Positions 1-12,821 are shown, counted from the stretch's first letter. The stretch is DNA of 33,651 nt from Halocafeteria seosinensis (GCA_001687465.1 LVLI01000251.1:124001-157651); one strand, 5' to 3'. Made by a program: numbers and translations. The notes: generated by a model from the letters alone, not told the origin.

Positions 1-1108
1 ATGAATAAAATGTAATGAATGATAGGTATAATCAAAACGGAAGGAAACTTCGTTATTCAGTCGTTGAGGCCATAAGTGCTTTGTGAAGTTTAAGGTGTGG
101 CCGGTGGGGCACAGAAATAGCCCATTTAAGGTAGCTGTATGTTTGGAGCTGGAAGAATTCACTCAATGGATAGGATCGTCTTCATTCAGTCGGTATACGG
201 TGCCTATTAGTTGGAGGTGACTCCTCTAAACGTCGGCAGTTACCGAGTTTCCGAATACAGCAGGATATTCCGTTTCCTTACTGCCCAACCTCCGAACCTG
301 GCTGGACAAGTTTATTTAGCAGGTTTTGGCTGTGATACCCCTTGTAGCATCATAAATAACAGGAAAATTGCACAGTTAGGGGCATAACACCCACTCTTTA
401 CAGCAGACTGCAGTGCAGCAGCGGGTTGCAACGACAAATATGGGACAGCTCACGTAGTACTACATACCGGTAGTGCTTGCATTGTCATACCTATGTTCCC
501 TTCAGATTGCAGGTTTAAAAGGCAGTGAACCAAATGCAAAAGAATAGTGTTAGCAGTGCATGTTGGACAGAGTAAATAAACTGTATCAGCTACGTATGTT
601 TGTGACGTTAGTCAATGGAAGGGGAACCTACAGACTAAGGCTACAGTACAAGTTGTACCGGTACACTATCAGGTGGTTACTCCATGAAGTAGCAATGGAA
701 GTCGCCTCTCCCCCATTAATGCTTCCCAAGAGGCAAACACATGTTTATGTCAGCAGTTGAGCTCATACACAAGTAAGTTTTCTGTGGGTCAAACATGAAA
801 CGTGGAATTTCCACATGTAATGGTCCATTCCCGATACTACCCGCATTGAGCAGGAGAGCACGATTTGCACACCACAATGTATTATACTCATCGCGGAAGC
901 AGCTAAAACGAAAATTGATTTCACAATTGGACAATGCTGTATGGTATTCCATTTACTGTTCCACGCCCCCCCTGTTGACGTTCCATTCAGTCCAGGTATG
1001 CGCTCACAATCTTACGCGGTGGACGCTAACTGTGCTGCTGAGCTACTGGAAAAGCTTCACAGCTTGCTGATCCAGTGAGAATCTGTGAGATGGGCATTGG
1101 TCTGCCGT

Positions 1109-2116
1109 TTATGTAATTTTATAACCGTCACAGCCAGGAAACCTTCCTTGTGGTTTCCTGTTCTGTCCAATGAATGGAGTGAGATCACTCCATAACCTAG
1201 TGGAATTACATCGGTAAGCCCATAGGTTAAGAAACAGCAGTGGTCTGTCGCGAGCCAGACATGCTGAAAGCATGTTTTGAATCCCCAGCAAAAATGACGA
1301 TGCTATCGGTCCTACCTTGTGTAATTTAAATGCATTGGAGCCTTTGACCCTATTGTTCTTCTTTCCATATATCCCATTATTCATATGATCACTAATGTCG
1401 GCATAAGGGACAAGTGCCGTCAACAATGGGACCGCCCCCAATGGATGGGATGCAATTCTCCTTCGGGACCATTCACGAAGTTCTCGTGTATTCAATAGTA
1501 TTTTGGCTTTGGGGAAGGCCTTGAGTAGTGCAGGCAAGAACGCACCAACGGGCTGATCACTAATTGCATCAAACTCTTCAAATAGTCTAAAGTCAACGTT
1601 TTTCGCCGTAGCCAAAGTGTTTGTTGACATCTGCCCAACCACTTTTAACCATTTTGCCTCCACATGTTGACTACACCTATGAGGACAAAACGTCCTCAGA
1701 TTGTGTCCCACGACTAAATCGAAGTGAGTTAGAGCCTTCGCCAGAGCTTTAGTTCCAGTTGTGCCTTCGCCAGCAATTATTATGAGAGGGTGATTGGAAG
1801 AATAGCCGACATCAATCTCCGTAGCAATGTGTCTTAAGTCTCGGCATGCTACCTCCAGAAGAGTTTGATTCGCTTCCGCCATTCTGGACATCAGAGGTTT
1901 CTCAGAGGATCTAGTATCGAGGTTATGAAAACTAGATAACGGTTGGGTAGCTCTCTGCATCTCCAGACTCCGGCTCGATCCTACAAGTCCTGTAATCACT
2001 CGCTTGGTATTGACGTCCCATCGGTTAAGCTCAAGCTGTGTCAGGAACCCGGCAGCAAAGAAGAGCAGGGCAACGGGACACATCAAATACTTCTTATTCT
2101 TGACGACGTAATCCAT
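1109..2116 (-). CDS. Sulfotransferase family protein (Sulfotransfer_4-like) with N-terminal membrane anchor; intronless
   Basis: 335-aa ORF with a hydrophobic N-terminal segment (CPVALLFFAAGFLTQL), a PAPS-binding loop-like IIIAGEGTTGTKALAKAL, and FDAISDQP...LLKAFPKAKILLNTRELREW matching the D-x-P...YPDAKVILTxR...W pattern of this family. Confidence 0.8.
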   Translation of the reverse strand: MDYVVKNKKYLMCPVALLFFAAGFLTQLELNRWDVNTKRVITGLVGSSRSLEMQRATQPLSSFHNLDTRSSEKPLMSRMAEANQTLLEVACRDLRHIATEIDVGYSSNHPLIIIAGEGTTGTKALAKALTHFDLVVGHNLRTFCPHRCSQHVEAKWLKVVGQMSTNTLATAKNVDFRLFEEFDAISDQPVGAFLPALLKAFPKAKILLNTRELREWSRRRIASHPLGAVPLLTALVPYADISDHMNNGIYGKKNNRVKGSNAFKLHKVGPIASSFLLGIQNMLSACLARDRPLLFLNLWAYRCNSTRLWSDLTPFIGQNRKPQGRFPGCDGYKIT

Positions 2117-2772
2117 GGCAACAGTAGATTAAAAGCAACGAACTGAGTTTTCGGCGACAAATTGATAACACCACGGTACCAGCCAGCTCTTGTACACTCA
2201 TTCCAGTTGATGGGGCATTGCAAATTGATTTTATGTCAACGTTAGGGGCCACTATTTAAACGAACAATATCTTGTAAAATGGGCAGTGTAATGAGGTAAG
2301 GATACCCACTGCATTACGCAAATTATCCCTGATACAGCAGTGCAACAGCACCGGGTCCTAATGACACTAACTTCAATTTGGACGCTTGGTGCGTGTTGTT
2401 TACGAAAGGAGTAAATTAATTCTTACGGAATGAGATAGTAACGCAGAATATTTTGCTCAAAACCGTAGAAGCAGGCTTCCTTATCATAGTAATCCGTTGC
2501 CCACCCGTTTTCTGAGCTCAACGCAGACAAATAGCCTTCCATAGACTGCACCCTAATTGGTATCGCATAAATTGGGTGACGCCGCACATGGAAGGCGCAA
2601 GTTTACCGCGAGACTGTCCATATTTTTTATTCTTTTCAATAACTATATTCGGCGAATGGACAAGTACGTTTGCTCGCAAATCTAAGGGGTACTAGGTATC
2701 CAAACGAGTTAATGTGCTTTCACATTCCAATTTATATTTCCCCCCATTGGCCAATGGGGAACAATTCTATCC

Positions 2773-3561
2773 TTATGGTATATCTAGATCCTCGTTATCA
2801 GGGACATATACTAGCATACCGTCCATCTCTTTGGTCACAGGAACACAGCAACCCAGCCGCGAGGTTTCCGTCATATCTTCTTTAAACGGGTATTCTTCAA
2901 GTCTACCAGCTTCAACATCCTGCATAGGAGGGCAGTAGGCTTCAGCAGCTTTCGGTATTATAACGTGACATCCAGCGCAGTAGGGCCCTTCACCGTAAGT
3001 CGGCTCGAACCAGTCCCCTTCTTTATGATAACGGAATGGCATGCTAGGTCCTCTACACGCGACTGTACAACAAATAACGAAATGCTCCATGATGAAGGAA
3101 AAGAAGAAAAAGTTAGCAATTCAATCGCGCCTACCGTGGAGATATTCGTAGTTATTCTCGGCAGCAATCTGCGAAATCGTCCAACCCTTCCGGCCTGTTA
3201 ACGTGTCCCGTTCACCTTTATAATTGACGAAAGTCACTTTGACTCTGGGTCCATTTTAGATGCACAAAATCATAGCACTTAATATGAAGATTGATTCTCT
3301 AGTATGAGGGTCAAAACGTACTCTTCATCCCGAGCTTTTGGAGCTCCTTCCATCTCTGGGAGATCCACTGATATTTGTTGTACACAAGCCGAACTGTGCA
3401 TAGAGTTTTGCGCCCTAGCTGCAAACCCATTCAACTCACTCAATATTGGAGACCAAACATCAAAAGCAAATAGCACAAAGCATGCACATACAAGCAGTGC
3501 CTAGAGCGCTGGACAGCCATCGACGTGCCAATGGCCTTAATAGAAGCGTACTTGCCGCCAT
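2773..3561 (-). CDS. Mitochondrial adrenodoxin-like 2Fe-2S ferredoxin, probably the complex I-associated (C1-FDX/NDUFX) type; 4 exons
   Basis: Spliced by hand over three GT-AG introns: MAASTLLLRPLARRWLSSALGTA (mitochondrial presequence) / SRAQ...KARDE / VKVTFVNYKGERDTLTGRKGWTISQIAAENNYEYLH / VACRG...EGPYCAGCHVII...TSRLGCCVPVTKEMDGMLVYVPDNEDLDIP*. Confidence 0.85.
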
Positions 3562-3901
3562 TCTCTAGTCGCCCGGAAGTTTTATCCTAGTGAATGAAAA
3601 CCAGTCATTCTCTACTGCGTAGTCATCAACTACCCAAAAGTGTACATAATAGACTGAATGTTTTCAATGCAATCATATGATAACCCGGATAAGGCAGCAA
3701 TCAAATGTGCGAGTTGGATTCCCATTTCTTTCTCTGGCTTTCATCTATAACATAAGGTCATTCTAGGGATGAGCATTCCCATAATTCATGAATGGTATCA
3801 TTAGGGAAGGAAATATTTATATTTCCAATTGCTAGGAAAACTGTAGTGGTATTTACGAATCAGACCAACTAGAGGTTTGAAGTAGCTCGGGTTTTGAGAC
3901 A

Positions 3902-6900
3902 ATGAGCTCGGTTTCCTCAACACAAAGCTCTTGCAGCGGGAAACAGGCGTCCCCTCCACTTCTTCAGACAGCAGTCAGTAGCGATTATGGGAACGGAGGG
4001 AGTGGACAAAGGGAGACGAATAAAGAGGCCCCTGTACCCCCGCCGCATCCTCCGCCAAATCCTCCTGCTCCTCTTTCCCAGCGGAAGAGTCCACTTGCCC
4101 AATCATTGGGCGGGGATGGTGGTGAAGACACACCATCTACGCCCTCTCAATGCTCAGACGAAACCCCACGAAAAATGGAAGAGCCGGGGTCTGATGAACA
4201 ACAGCACACGTACAGTCTGTCACCAACACCGGTCGTCTCTCCCTCACAGGATTGTGACGCTTTGGGTGGACAAAGCGATAATTCGTCTAGTCTCTCCTAC
4301 AACGCCAACTCTCCCAGTATAGCGCACGACCAGGAGTGGTGTGCAAAGTCGCCGGAACAGGGCTATCCGGATTGGCTCACTGATAAAGACACCCAAGGTT
4401 CAAATTCGACAGTCCCTCTGTCCCACTGGAGAAAAGTGAAGCACGGAGGCAATTTCACATTGAAGGAAAGACTACGACACAAGTTTACACGGACTAGCGA
4501 TCGAGACTGCTCTACCGAATTTCATAATGCAAACAACAGTACGTAGATAACTGAGATGTAGTGGGAGATTACCTCTGCCCACAGTATCTTACGGTCAATG
4601 CAGAGTTGAAACGCACTCGTAGCAAGGCCGAACGCTTGTATGAAGTCTCTCAGAATTTCAAAAAAGCTTCTGCGATCTATGCAAGTGCTCTGAGGACGTT
4701 CACACAAGAATTATTAGAAGTTACGCAGGAAATGGCCGGCGAAGAAGATGCGTCTGCGTTCTCAGGAAAGCATGTTAAGGAACTAAAGACGTCGATGCAT
4801 CAGACTGTATCGCAGTTCAATCAATTGTCCCATAACATTGCTGACTTCTTCATTTCACCGATGGATAACCAGATAGGGCCACAGCTGGTTACTGTCCGGG
4901 AGACGAAGCGAGAATGCTATACGGCCTTGCATGAGCGGAATTCGCTCGCAAAGAAAATTGAAGACCTGGCGAAGAGCTCAAAGTTGGGAACAGGGACCAA
5001 TAAACTGAGTGATCTTCAAGCCCGTCATCGGCAGGCAGCTGATAGGTTCATCCAACTCCATCAGGACACCATCTGTCGAGCATATAACGTGACTGTAAGT
5101 TGAACCGCACCTATGCACGGCCTATCTACGACTTATATTTCTTTTCTGCAGAGCGATATTAGGGGCGTATTTGTGAAGGCGTTACGTTCTTCCCTAAAAA
5201 TGCAATCGGAGTTTTCGCAACGCTTTGCTGGGTATGCAAGTGACGCTTTGGAATGTCTCCCTAATACTGAATCAACGGAAGCGCCTATTCATCGTAGCTC
5301 TAGCCTCGGCGGTTATCGAGCGTCAATCGTAGACGGTGAACGACCGTCTTCGTGGGACCGGAGCCATGGGAAAGAAAACTGCTTAGACATCGTGCATGGT
5401 GGCAATTTAATAAAGGAGCTACGTTCTCGTGGTTATCTTGACGATGATGTAGCTTTGCGATGTACTCTCACCAACAATCCCGGCACTTGTCCACTCGATT
5501 TCGCTACGGCGACGAAAGGCATGATTCCCCCCGTTATAGGTGCTCCTCTTTACGGAGAGACGGTTTTGATGGTATTTCCTCGAGTATGTGAACAGACGTC
5601 AGGTCAACTCGGGACGTTGGTTGCTAGCTCATATCGCCTCAGGTTCTGTCCGTTTATCCCACGAGAAATAGAAAAGGCTCTGGGCTCAGCGTCCGTTCAG
5701 GATGTTGCGCTCGTCGGTGCGGTGTCTATTCCGCTAAGAAGCATATCGCAGATGAGTCCATCCTTTAACAAGTCTAACCGAACGTCGAGCTTGACTATCT
5801 GGTGCCATAATTTGCGCTACGTCATTTTCAATTTCTTTCACACTGAGCATTATGACCAGGCAACACGAACCGAAGGCAGTCGGCACTCCTCTTCGAACTA
5901 CCGAATTTCGGGTAAACATGTTACTGATACGACGGAAAATGCACCACATGCTGTAATCGGAGGCTCGAATATCGCTGGAACTCTCATGAAAGAAGTAGGA
6001 CCCCATGTGTGGAAAGATAATCCCGAGTTTGCCCTCAACTACCGTCTTCCCAGTCTTTCCGATGATCTACCTTCCGTGTTGACCTTAGCGAAGACCGCAT
6101 ACTCGCACCTTCTGCCGTACCAGAGACAGAAAATAAAAACCATAAGAAATGAAAATTGCCCGGCCTTATCTGCTATTCTTCCCTTTGATGGATGGGGCAT
6201 TTATACGTGGGAACAGGAATTACAGCGTTTGCACCAAGGAGATTCATTTTGGCGACTAACGGACGTAAACCACAATTATGAACTTAGTGCAACCTATCCG
6301 GATGAGCTATTAGTTCCCCGCTGTGTATCTGATGCAACTCTACGAGTGTGTGCACAATATCGGTCCAAGAAACGCCTCCCAGCAGTTGTATGGGCATTCG
6401 GTCCTGTCTGCTTGGCACGTGCAGCCCAACCAATGCCTGGAATGTTCGGATCTCATTCTGCAGAAGACGAAGCTCTCCTAGGAAAACTCAAACCTCCTTC
6501 AGAATGGCTAGATGAGCGTTTCCGAACAGATGAAGCTTATCTTCGGAGGCAGCGTGGGGGAGCTGCTCGCATCGCGATGTACGACGCTCGTCCGCGAGTC
6601 AACGCAGTTAGCAACAAGACCAAAGGAGGTGGCTCAGAAAGCATCTCTCGCTATTCCGAGAGTAGCCTTCACTTCCTGGGTATTCCCAATATCCACGTGG
6701 TAAGAGATGCTCTCGTGAAATTTAGAGCATCCATAGTATCAGCTGCTTCGCATGGGCTGCACCGTCAAGAGCATCTCTCTTTTTCTCTGGATGAAAGTGC
6801 ACTTGGAACAAATCTCTCCGAAGCAGAAACAGCGAATGGATCTCGTCGCTCAAGAGTTCAGAAACTGAATGGGGAACAGCTTGAAGATCTAGGGTGTGCA

Positions 6901-7755
6901 GGGAAGGAGGATGGACATACGTATACCGATGTCGAGACTGCTTTGTCTTATGATGTAGCTCACAATATAGATATAGAGCGCATGGAATGGATGAAGCTCG
7001 TTTCAACTCTTCTTCACGGGGGATATCGGCTTGCTTTGGACATTTCTTACGGTACTAGTGTGTTCGTCCATTGCAGTGATGGTTGGGATCGAACGGCTGA
7101 ATTAGCCGGCTTAGTTCAGTTAATCTTGGATCCGTATTACAGGACATTGGCCGGCTTTTGCAAGCTCGTCGAAAAGGAATGGTGCATTTTCGGACATCAA
7201 TTCAGTCGTCGCTCAGGTACTGGATGTGGACATTCTAGAAAAAACTATGGAGACAAACAGCGTAGCCCCGTCTTCTTACAGTTCCTGGATGCAGTCTGGC
7301 AATTGGTGAATCAAAGACCTAGCCAGTTTGAATTCAATGGAAAATTGCTGATGTTGCTTGCGGAACACATCTATTCTGGAAGATTCGGGACGTTCCTGTA
7401 TGACTGCCCGCGTGTTAGACTTGGACAAGAACGCATGCATGAAAGATCAGAAAGTATTTGGACGTATGTAGCTCGATATGCGTACGCATACCGAAATCCG
7501 GGTTACGAGCTCCCTAGGGACGCCGACGAAGCAGAATATCATCGGATACTTGCACAAGCATTGCCATGGAGCGAGAATGATGGCGGGGAGCATGCTATAC
7601 GCCCCGAAGGTTGTTTCTTTGCGGGCGCTCTAGTTACGCAGAATTTAATGAAGAATGCGTCCAAACCTGGGGCATACGCTGTCTGGCCTCGAGAAGGTGG
7701 TTCCCTTAGTCGAATGGACGTGTGGCCATATTGGTTCCATCGATGGGTATCGTAA
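3902..7755 (+). CDS. Myotubularin-family phosphoinositide 3-phosphatase with a disordered N-terminal region, BAR-like helical domain and PH-GRAM-like region; 3 exons
   Basis: Catalytic VHCSDGWDRT plus YELSATYP, RSKKRLP, LARAAQP, YDARP, IPNIHVVR, LDPYYRT, EKEW..FGHQF and SPVFLQFLDAVWQL. ORFs 3902, 4561 and 5113 join in frame via introns ~4539-4603 (gtacgt..tgcag) and 5095-5151 (gtaagt..ctgcag). Confidence 0.92.
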
Positions 7756-8888
7756 TTTACTCCTGTTCGTTAGATGTATTATAAAGCCTAATGCACAACT
7801 AATGTATATGTGTTAACTTTTAATATTGATTTCCTCGTTGTCAACCATTTTCGTTGGTTGTTGTTCGGCGGCTAGATTCAGTTACGTTGAAGCGCAAGCC
7901 GAGGATCTGAATGATTGCATGATTATCACATGTGAATGATGATGTGATATTCTATCGCAGTGGTATAGTATTGTAACATTGGGTTCGTGGCAGGTGGATC
8001 AATACGTAGATTTTTTTATGGTTTTCCACGTTCCATAATTGAGCCTCAATTCTGTCTGCGACTGAATTTTCTAGCTCGGTCGCTAAACGCGCCTTAAGTG
8101 CCATTGCAGAAGAAGCCTTCACAGACTGTTTTCGCCTTTGAAAAAGAGGAAAGACTATGTCGAGCGCTGCTGGGACCAGTGATGGCCAATTAACAGGCAA
8201 TATCGTCTCGCACTCCTGGAAGCAGCGAGAGTCCAATGAAAGAGTAGAATTAGGAGTTCACGAGATAATTGCTTTCCTCAATCGATTCGGTACGTCCTCT
8301 GCGTGGTTCCTCTCTGTCAGTAGGCGTGCATGCAATGTTTGGTCTCCCCCTTATAACAGACAACAGTGCGCGATATAAGCTCGGAAAGCTGAACCAACGT
8401 CTGTCGCAACTGGAGAGACATGTAGAGTAAGTGCACGGTTTCATGCGCCCTCCCACACGGAAGGAGACTGGCAGCAAACGAAGGAACTTGCTAGTGTTGT
8501 ATTACCGTGGTAGGAGGACATGATAATGACAGTGCGTGTTTGTTTGACTCGCAGACATGTGGAGAATCGGCTTTGCCCAGATGAGTTATTAGAAGAGGCT
8601 GGTGGCAATAAATGAACTTTGGGGAGAATGGACAAGGTATTCCTGGTGCGAAGATATCTACGGACAGGAAGGAGACATGATACAGATAGAGCTGTTCATA
8701 TGTTACCAGCATGTGGGGAAATATTCACAATCTATAGGGTTACGCGAAGACTCAAAGTACTCACCAAAATACATTGAGAGTCTCTGCTCCTGATATTCTT
8801 TCACTGAGATGATGAAAGAGAAGCCATAATAAATAATTCCAACTTCGCACTGCACTGCGGTACGATGAGTCAGTTCACCATACTGAGG

Positions 8889-9650
8889 CTACATTTCGAT
8901 AGATGCCAGTTTCGCTTCAAAGCCCTTATCACTGCCTTTTCCATCGAGATGAAATATCGTAGGAGGATAGTGGGTTGGTCCATATACTTAACCCTTGTTA
9001 CGCCGACCAATTTGGACCTCAATCTCAGTACCACTCTTCTGTCTATTTTTCAAAACCTTGATAAACCTTCGATATTGAGAGACATGTATCAAATGGGGGT
9101 TGTTGCTGCTCGTTGCTGCGTCTTCTCCTTTATCAGAGATGTACACCGGGAAGAGCGACGAGTTAAGATCTCCTTCGGTGCATCGGAGGGAGTTGTCGCG
9201 CTTGCAGAATCCCAAATAATCAATCTTCAGTTCATTCATAACGTGAAGCATGGCAAGCATGCTATGATTTACGTCCGTCCCATTGAGAAGCCAGTCATGC
9301 TCTTGTTGCAGGGCATATTCCGTTTTAGTGTCGTTGATAGATCGTCGAAGCCCCTTAGCCAATATACCTGTAGTCCTCAGCTGCCCAAGCGATGCCAACT
9401 TCCGTATCTAATTTTTACAACCGTTTATCCTTTGATTCCGATCGGCATAGATGTTAACGTGGAGCTGTTCAAAGGTGCTATCAGTCCTGTCAATGACGAG
9501 AACCCCTCTTGCTCAACTTGGCTTGACGTACGTCACTGGCGTAACGAATTTCATACAACCTTGTATCTGTGGCCTACCGGCTGATGACTTGCTACCGCGG
9601 TACCACTACACGGTGTCTACACCGATCATCGGTGACCGATGTACAGCCAC
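8889..9650 (-). pseudogene. Degenerate GT-A fold (GT2-like) glycosyltransferase gene with in-frame stops
   Basis: One minus frame reads ARGVLVIDR...LAKGLRRSINDTKTEYALQQEHDWLL...YLGFCKRDN...SNNPHL...G*VYGPTHYPPTIFHLDG, with stops at 9606-9608, 9513-9515, 9408-9410 and 8988-8990. The EHDW/SNNPH/HLDG motifs resemble GT2-like proteins (recognised from memory). Confidence 0.55.
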
Positions 9651-9939
9651 CTCCTGTGAAAACGCATTGACTTAGCTAAGTTTTTTACATAGCACCTAAT
9701 CTGCCGCTGAAGCAAGCAATCGCATGAAAGCGAGAGTAACGTAGTACGCAATGCACTGACTTCTTTCCTTGCCTTTTCAAGCTACACACGTTGGGTACAC
9801 AATCCCTGCACACTGTAGCATCCTGGAAGTTGATTTGTGAACCTCGGCCAAACTAGACAGCTTCTCTTAGACAAGAACTACGCACAGCCACTGTTGCTTG
9901 TATGCCCGCTAGCTAATCAATCAATCAGTAGACACAAGG

Positions 9940-10852
9940 ATGTCGTCTACTTTGGGCACTGGCGGCGTAGATAGTGATGCAGGGGAGAACAATGAATTAC
10001 CGCAAGACTCCATCGGACCATGGGCGGTTCCTTACATGCAGCAGAGCTCCCGGATGAATTGTGGGTACGCTGCTCTGACCATGGCATTGACGTACTTCTC
10101 GCAGTCAGACACTGTGGGCACAATGCTACCTAAAGTGGAGGAAGAGCTTGAGATGAACAGTCCCGAGAAGTATGATGACGGTGGAGAGAGAGCTGTCACT
10201 AGTATACGTCTCGCAATAGCAGCGCAGGAGATATCCAACAAACACGACGCCACAACGGGAAAGCCATTGGTAGGAAGTGTTATATTCTACTCTACCTCAC
10301 TACTCCTGGATGAAACTCATGTAAGGGACCTTCCGTTCTATCAACAGCATGCTGATGTTGCCAATGTGGACGATTCCCGCAAATTGTTGGGGCAAGCGAG
10401 AGAATCTGATATAGAACTTCATGAAAGTCGCATATCGATGCCCCAACTATTGAACTACTTGAAACAGGGTTTTATTCTAATAACCCTGATAGATATTGCC
10501 GTTGTAGAGTCAATTTTGAATGGCATCGCCTATAGCGGATTCACTGGACATTTTGTGGTGGTAAGCCAATTGTGCTCCAAATGCGTACATGTCCGACTGA
10601 AATTCTAATCTTTTACGTGTTGCCTCCAGCTTGTAGGTTACGATGCAAACGAGCAAAGGGTCATCATTCACGACTCCGATTCTGCATACCCAAAGGTACT
10701 TCCTCTATCATTTCTCAAGCCTTGTTTATCGCAAGTACCGAGGTTGGTTCTTACTACCGGCACAGGCATATTACAGCATCGATATTGACGTATTTGAAAT
10801 GGCTAGGGCCTCAAAAGGAACTGATGTCGATACTCTCATTCTGACACGCTGA
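9940..10852 (+). CDS. GUCD1: GUCD1-like / peptidase C39-like papain-fold protein; 3 exons
   Basis: VPYMQQSSRMNCGYAALTMAL, spliced FTGHFVV|LVGYD...IIHDSD, and C-terminal FEMARASKGTDVDTLIL resembling GUCD1 EARxSxGTDEDxxxI. Confidence 0.75.
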
Positions 10853-10899
10853 AGCCTTTGAGTCTACCCTTGGAGTACCCTGGCATTGCTTCGATAGAT

Positions 10900-12760
10900 G
10901 GTGTTCACTAAACCGTACAACATTCCTGATCACTGCATCGAGGAGCAGCCTCGCATAGCCCCTGTAACTCTTGACGGCACTTGTTCACCAGCTAAGCATT
11001 CACTGTTGGATACATCTGCCGTCGAACGGTTTGTATTCCGCAAAGACGGCATAGAACGATTCCGATACTTCCTCATACCTCCGCGAAAATTCGAAGTACC
11101 ATGTGATATTCTTGCGGAGTCAACATCATAAAGTTTGGCTGATTTGGTATTTTGATGTCAAAAACTGTATTTTTCACTATGGAAGTCAACAGCCTATTTT
11201 GGAAGGTGCCCCACGGCAAAATCTGCATGAGCAGACCCACCAAACGCGTAAGTCGAGAGCTATATTGAAAATTGTATCCAAGTCTAGGATCTTCATTGCT
11301 TTCGAAATTGATCTTCCCGAGACGGTTGGGAACAGTTCTGCAAGTTTCCCGTTAGGCATCCTACAGGCTCCTATGCGAGCAGCCGGGAGAATGAACTCAG
11401 AACTCAAAGACGTTCGTCAGCATTAAAATTTGTCACTTTCGTTTTGACATTCGTCCTTCCAAGACACCAAGACACTGTCTCGTATGTATAGTCTGTCCAA
11501 ACCCTGCAAAGAAGCTACGCTCGACTGGCACCAATTGACGATACTCGTCAGTAGTGCCCCATCAAACAAGAAGTTACTAGTGCTCGCAGTTTGCTCCTGT
11601 TCACAGTATGCCGGGACGACTCCGATAGATGACAGAAAACCTCTTGAGGAATTTCGAAGACGCATCGCTCCCAGGGAGTAAATTTCGTTTTTAGTGATTT
11701 GTGCCATGGAGTAACTCAGATAAAGAACGATGTCACTACGTGCCTTCCCAAAGATTACTAGAGTGTCTACCACCAACCTGCTGTTCACACCTAATGAAAG
11801 ACGAGCTAGGTTTGGTCTCTGAAGAGCATGGAAAGCAAACCACAGTTTTCTACCGTGCAACAAAGTATTATCTCACTGCACCCCTGCCTCTGCCCGAGAA
11901 TTCAATGGATTTCCATGTCCGACATGTGAAGAGCAGCGACTTCTTTGGGAAGACTTCATTTTCACTTTGGAAACAGTAGTGTTTCTTTAGGGTAACACGA
12001 CAATGTCATGAAGATCTGAAGGCAGAGCATTCCTCGCTCAGACATGTCGCTGGTATAGCTTCTTTGCCAGCACAGGGATGCTAGATTTGGGTTCGAAGAG
12101 CTTCATCTGCTTTCTTCCGGTATTGCAACCAGTAAAATACATATCGGTTAGTTTGGCTGGCAGGGAGTTACCAGAAATTACTGTAATGCACAACCTGTGA
12201 ACAGAACTTCAATAGTTTCCACAATCTGTCCACCTTGCGTGCGTAACTCCTTCTTTTGCAGCCCGTGAGCACCGACCTGATGTACGCAAAAAGCAGTATA
12301 ATATCCTTTGAGTACCGCTCTGTTATAAGGCATCTTGAGTCACCAGGACATCTACAGTAGTGGGGAACATAAGAACCGACTAGTCATACGTGGCGGCGGT
12401 GTTATCGGCAAATTTGGAGCTGGTACTGTGGATATTTCCGTCACTTTGCACATGGCCTTCTTCGGCATCCTTGTATAGGAGCTGCTTTACCTAAAGAAGT
12501 CCTACCGGTTCGGCTGCATTGGATGAGATAAAATATCGATTACTGGTTTCCAGCGACAATATTTCTGGTTCATCGACGAGTGCAAGAGAGGCCCTTAGAG
12601 CCTCTAAGTTAGCGGACCCATTGGGTTGCCACTGGCCAGGTGCATGGGCCGTTGCATGCTCGTTGAAGTCATTGCGTGGATACCTATGACTATTGCTCAG
12701 CCCCGTTGCTACAGCAGTTGTATATTTTGCTGTATGTTTCAGGGTTTTGTGTGTCATCAT
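10900..12760 (-). CDS. Possible multi-exon gene of unknown function (boundaries uncertain)
   Basis: Several protein-like minus-strand segments (ORFs 12491-12859, 11423-11863, 11186-11407, and an AG/GT-bounded segment ILPWGTFQNRLL...EYHMVLRIFAE). No family recognised and no complete splice model obtained. Confidence 0.25.
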
Positions 12761-12821
12761 TTTATCTTTAGTTTGATAGGAGAAGCATGTAGGCCGTCTG
12801 TTTGTAGGAGAGAGAAATGAG

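Noticed and set aside
560..1070. Short ORFs at the window start (e.g. 716-952 minus)
   Set aside because: No motif or consistent splice model could be built
8865..9584. 239-aa plus-strand ORF
   Set aside because: No recognisable motifs; it is codon-aligned antisense to the GT2-like pseudogene frame, so most likely a shadow ORF
8889..9650. Alternative genetic code (TAA/TAG read as Gln) to explain the in-frame stops
   Set aside because: Conserved genes in the window end in TAA, TAG or TGA and long exons of myotubularin and Sec24 have no internal TAR codons; the frame also contains a TGA
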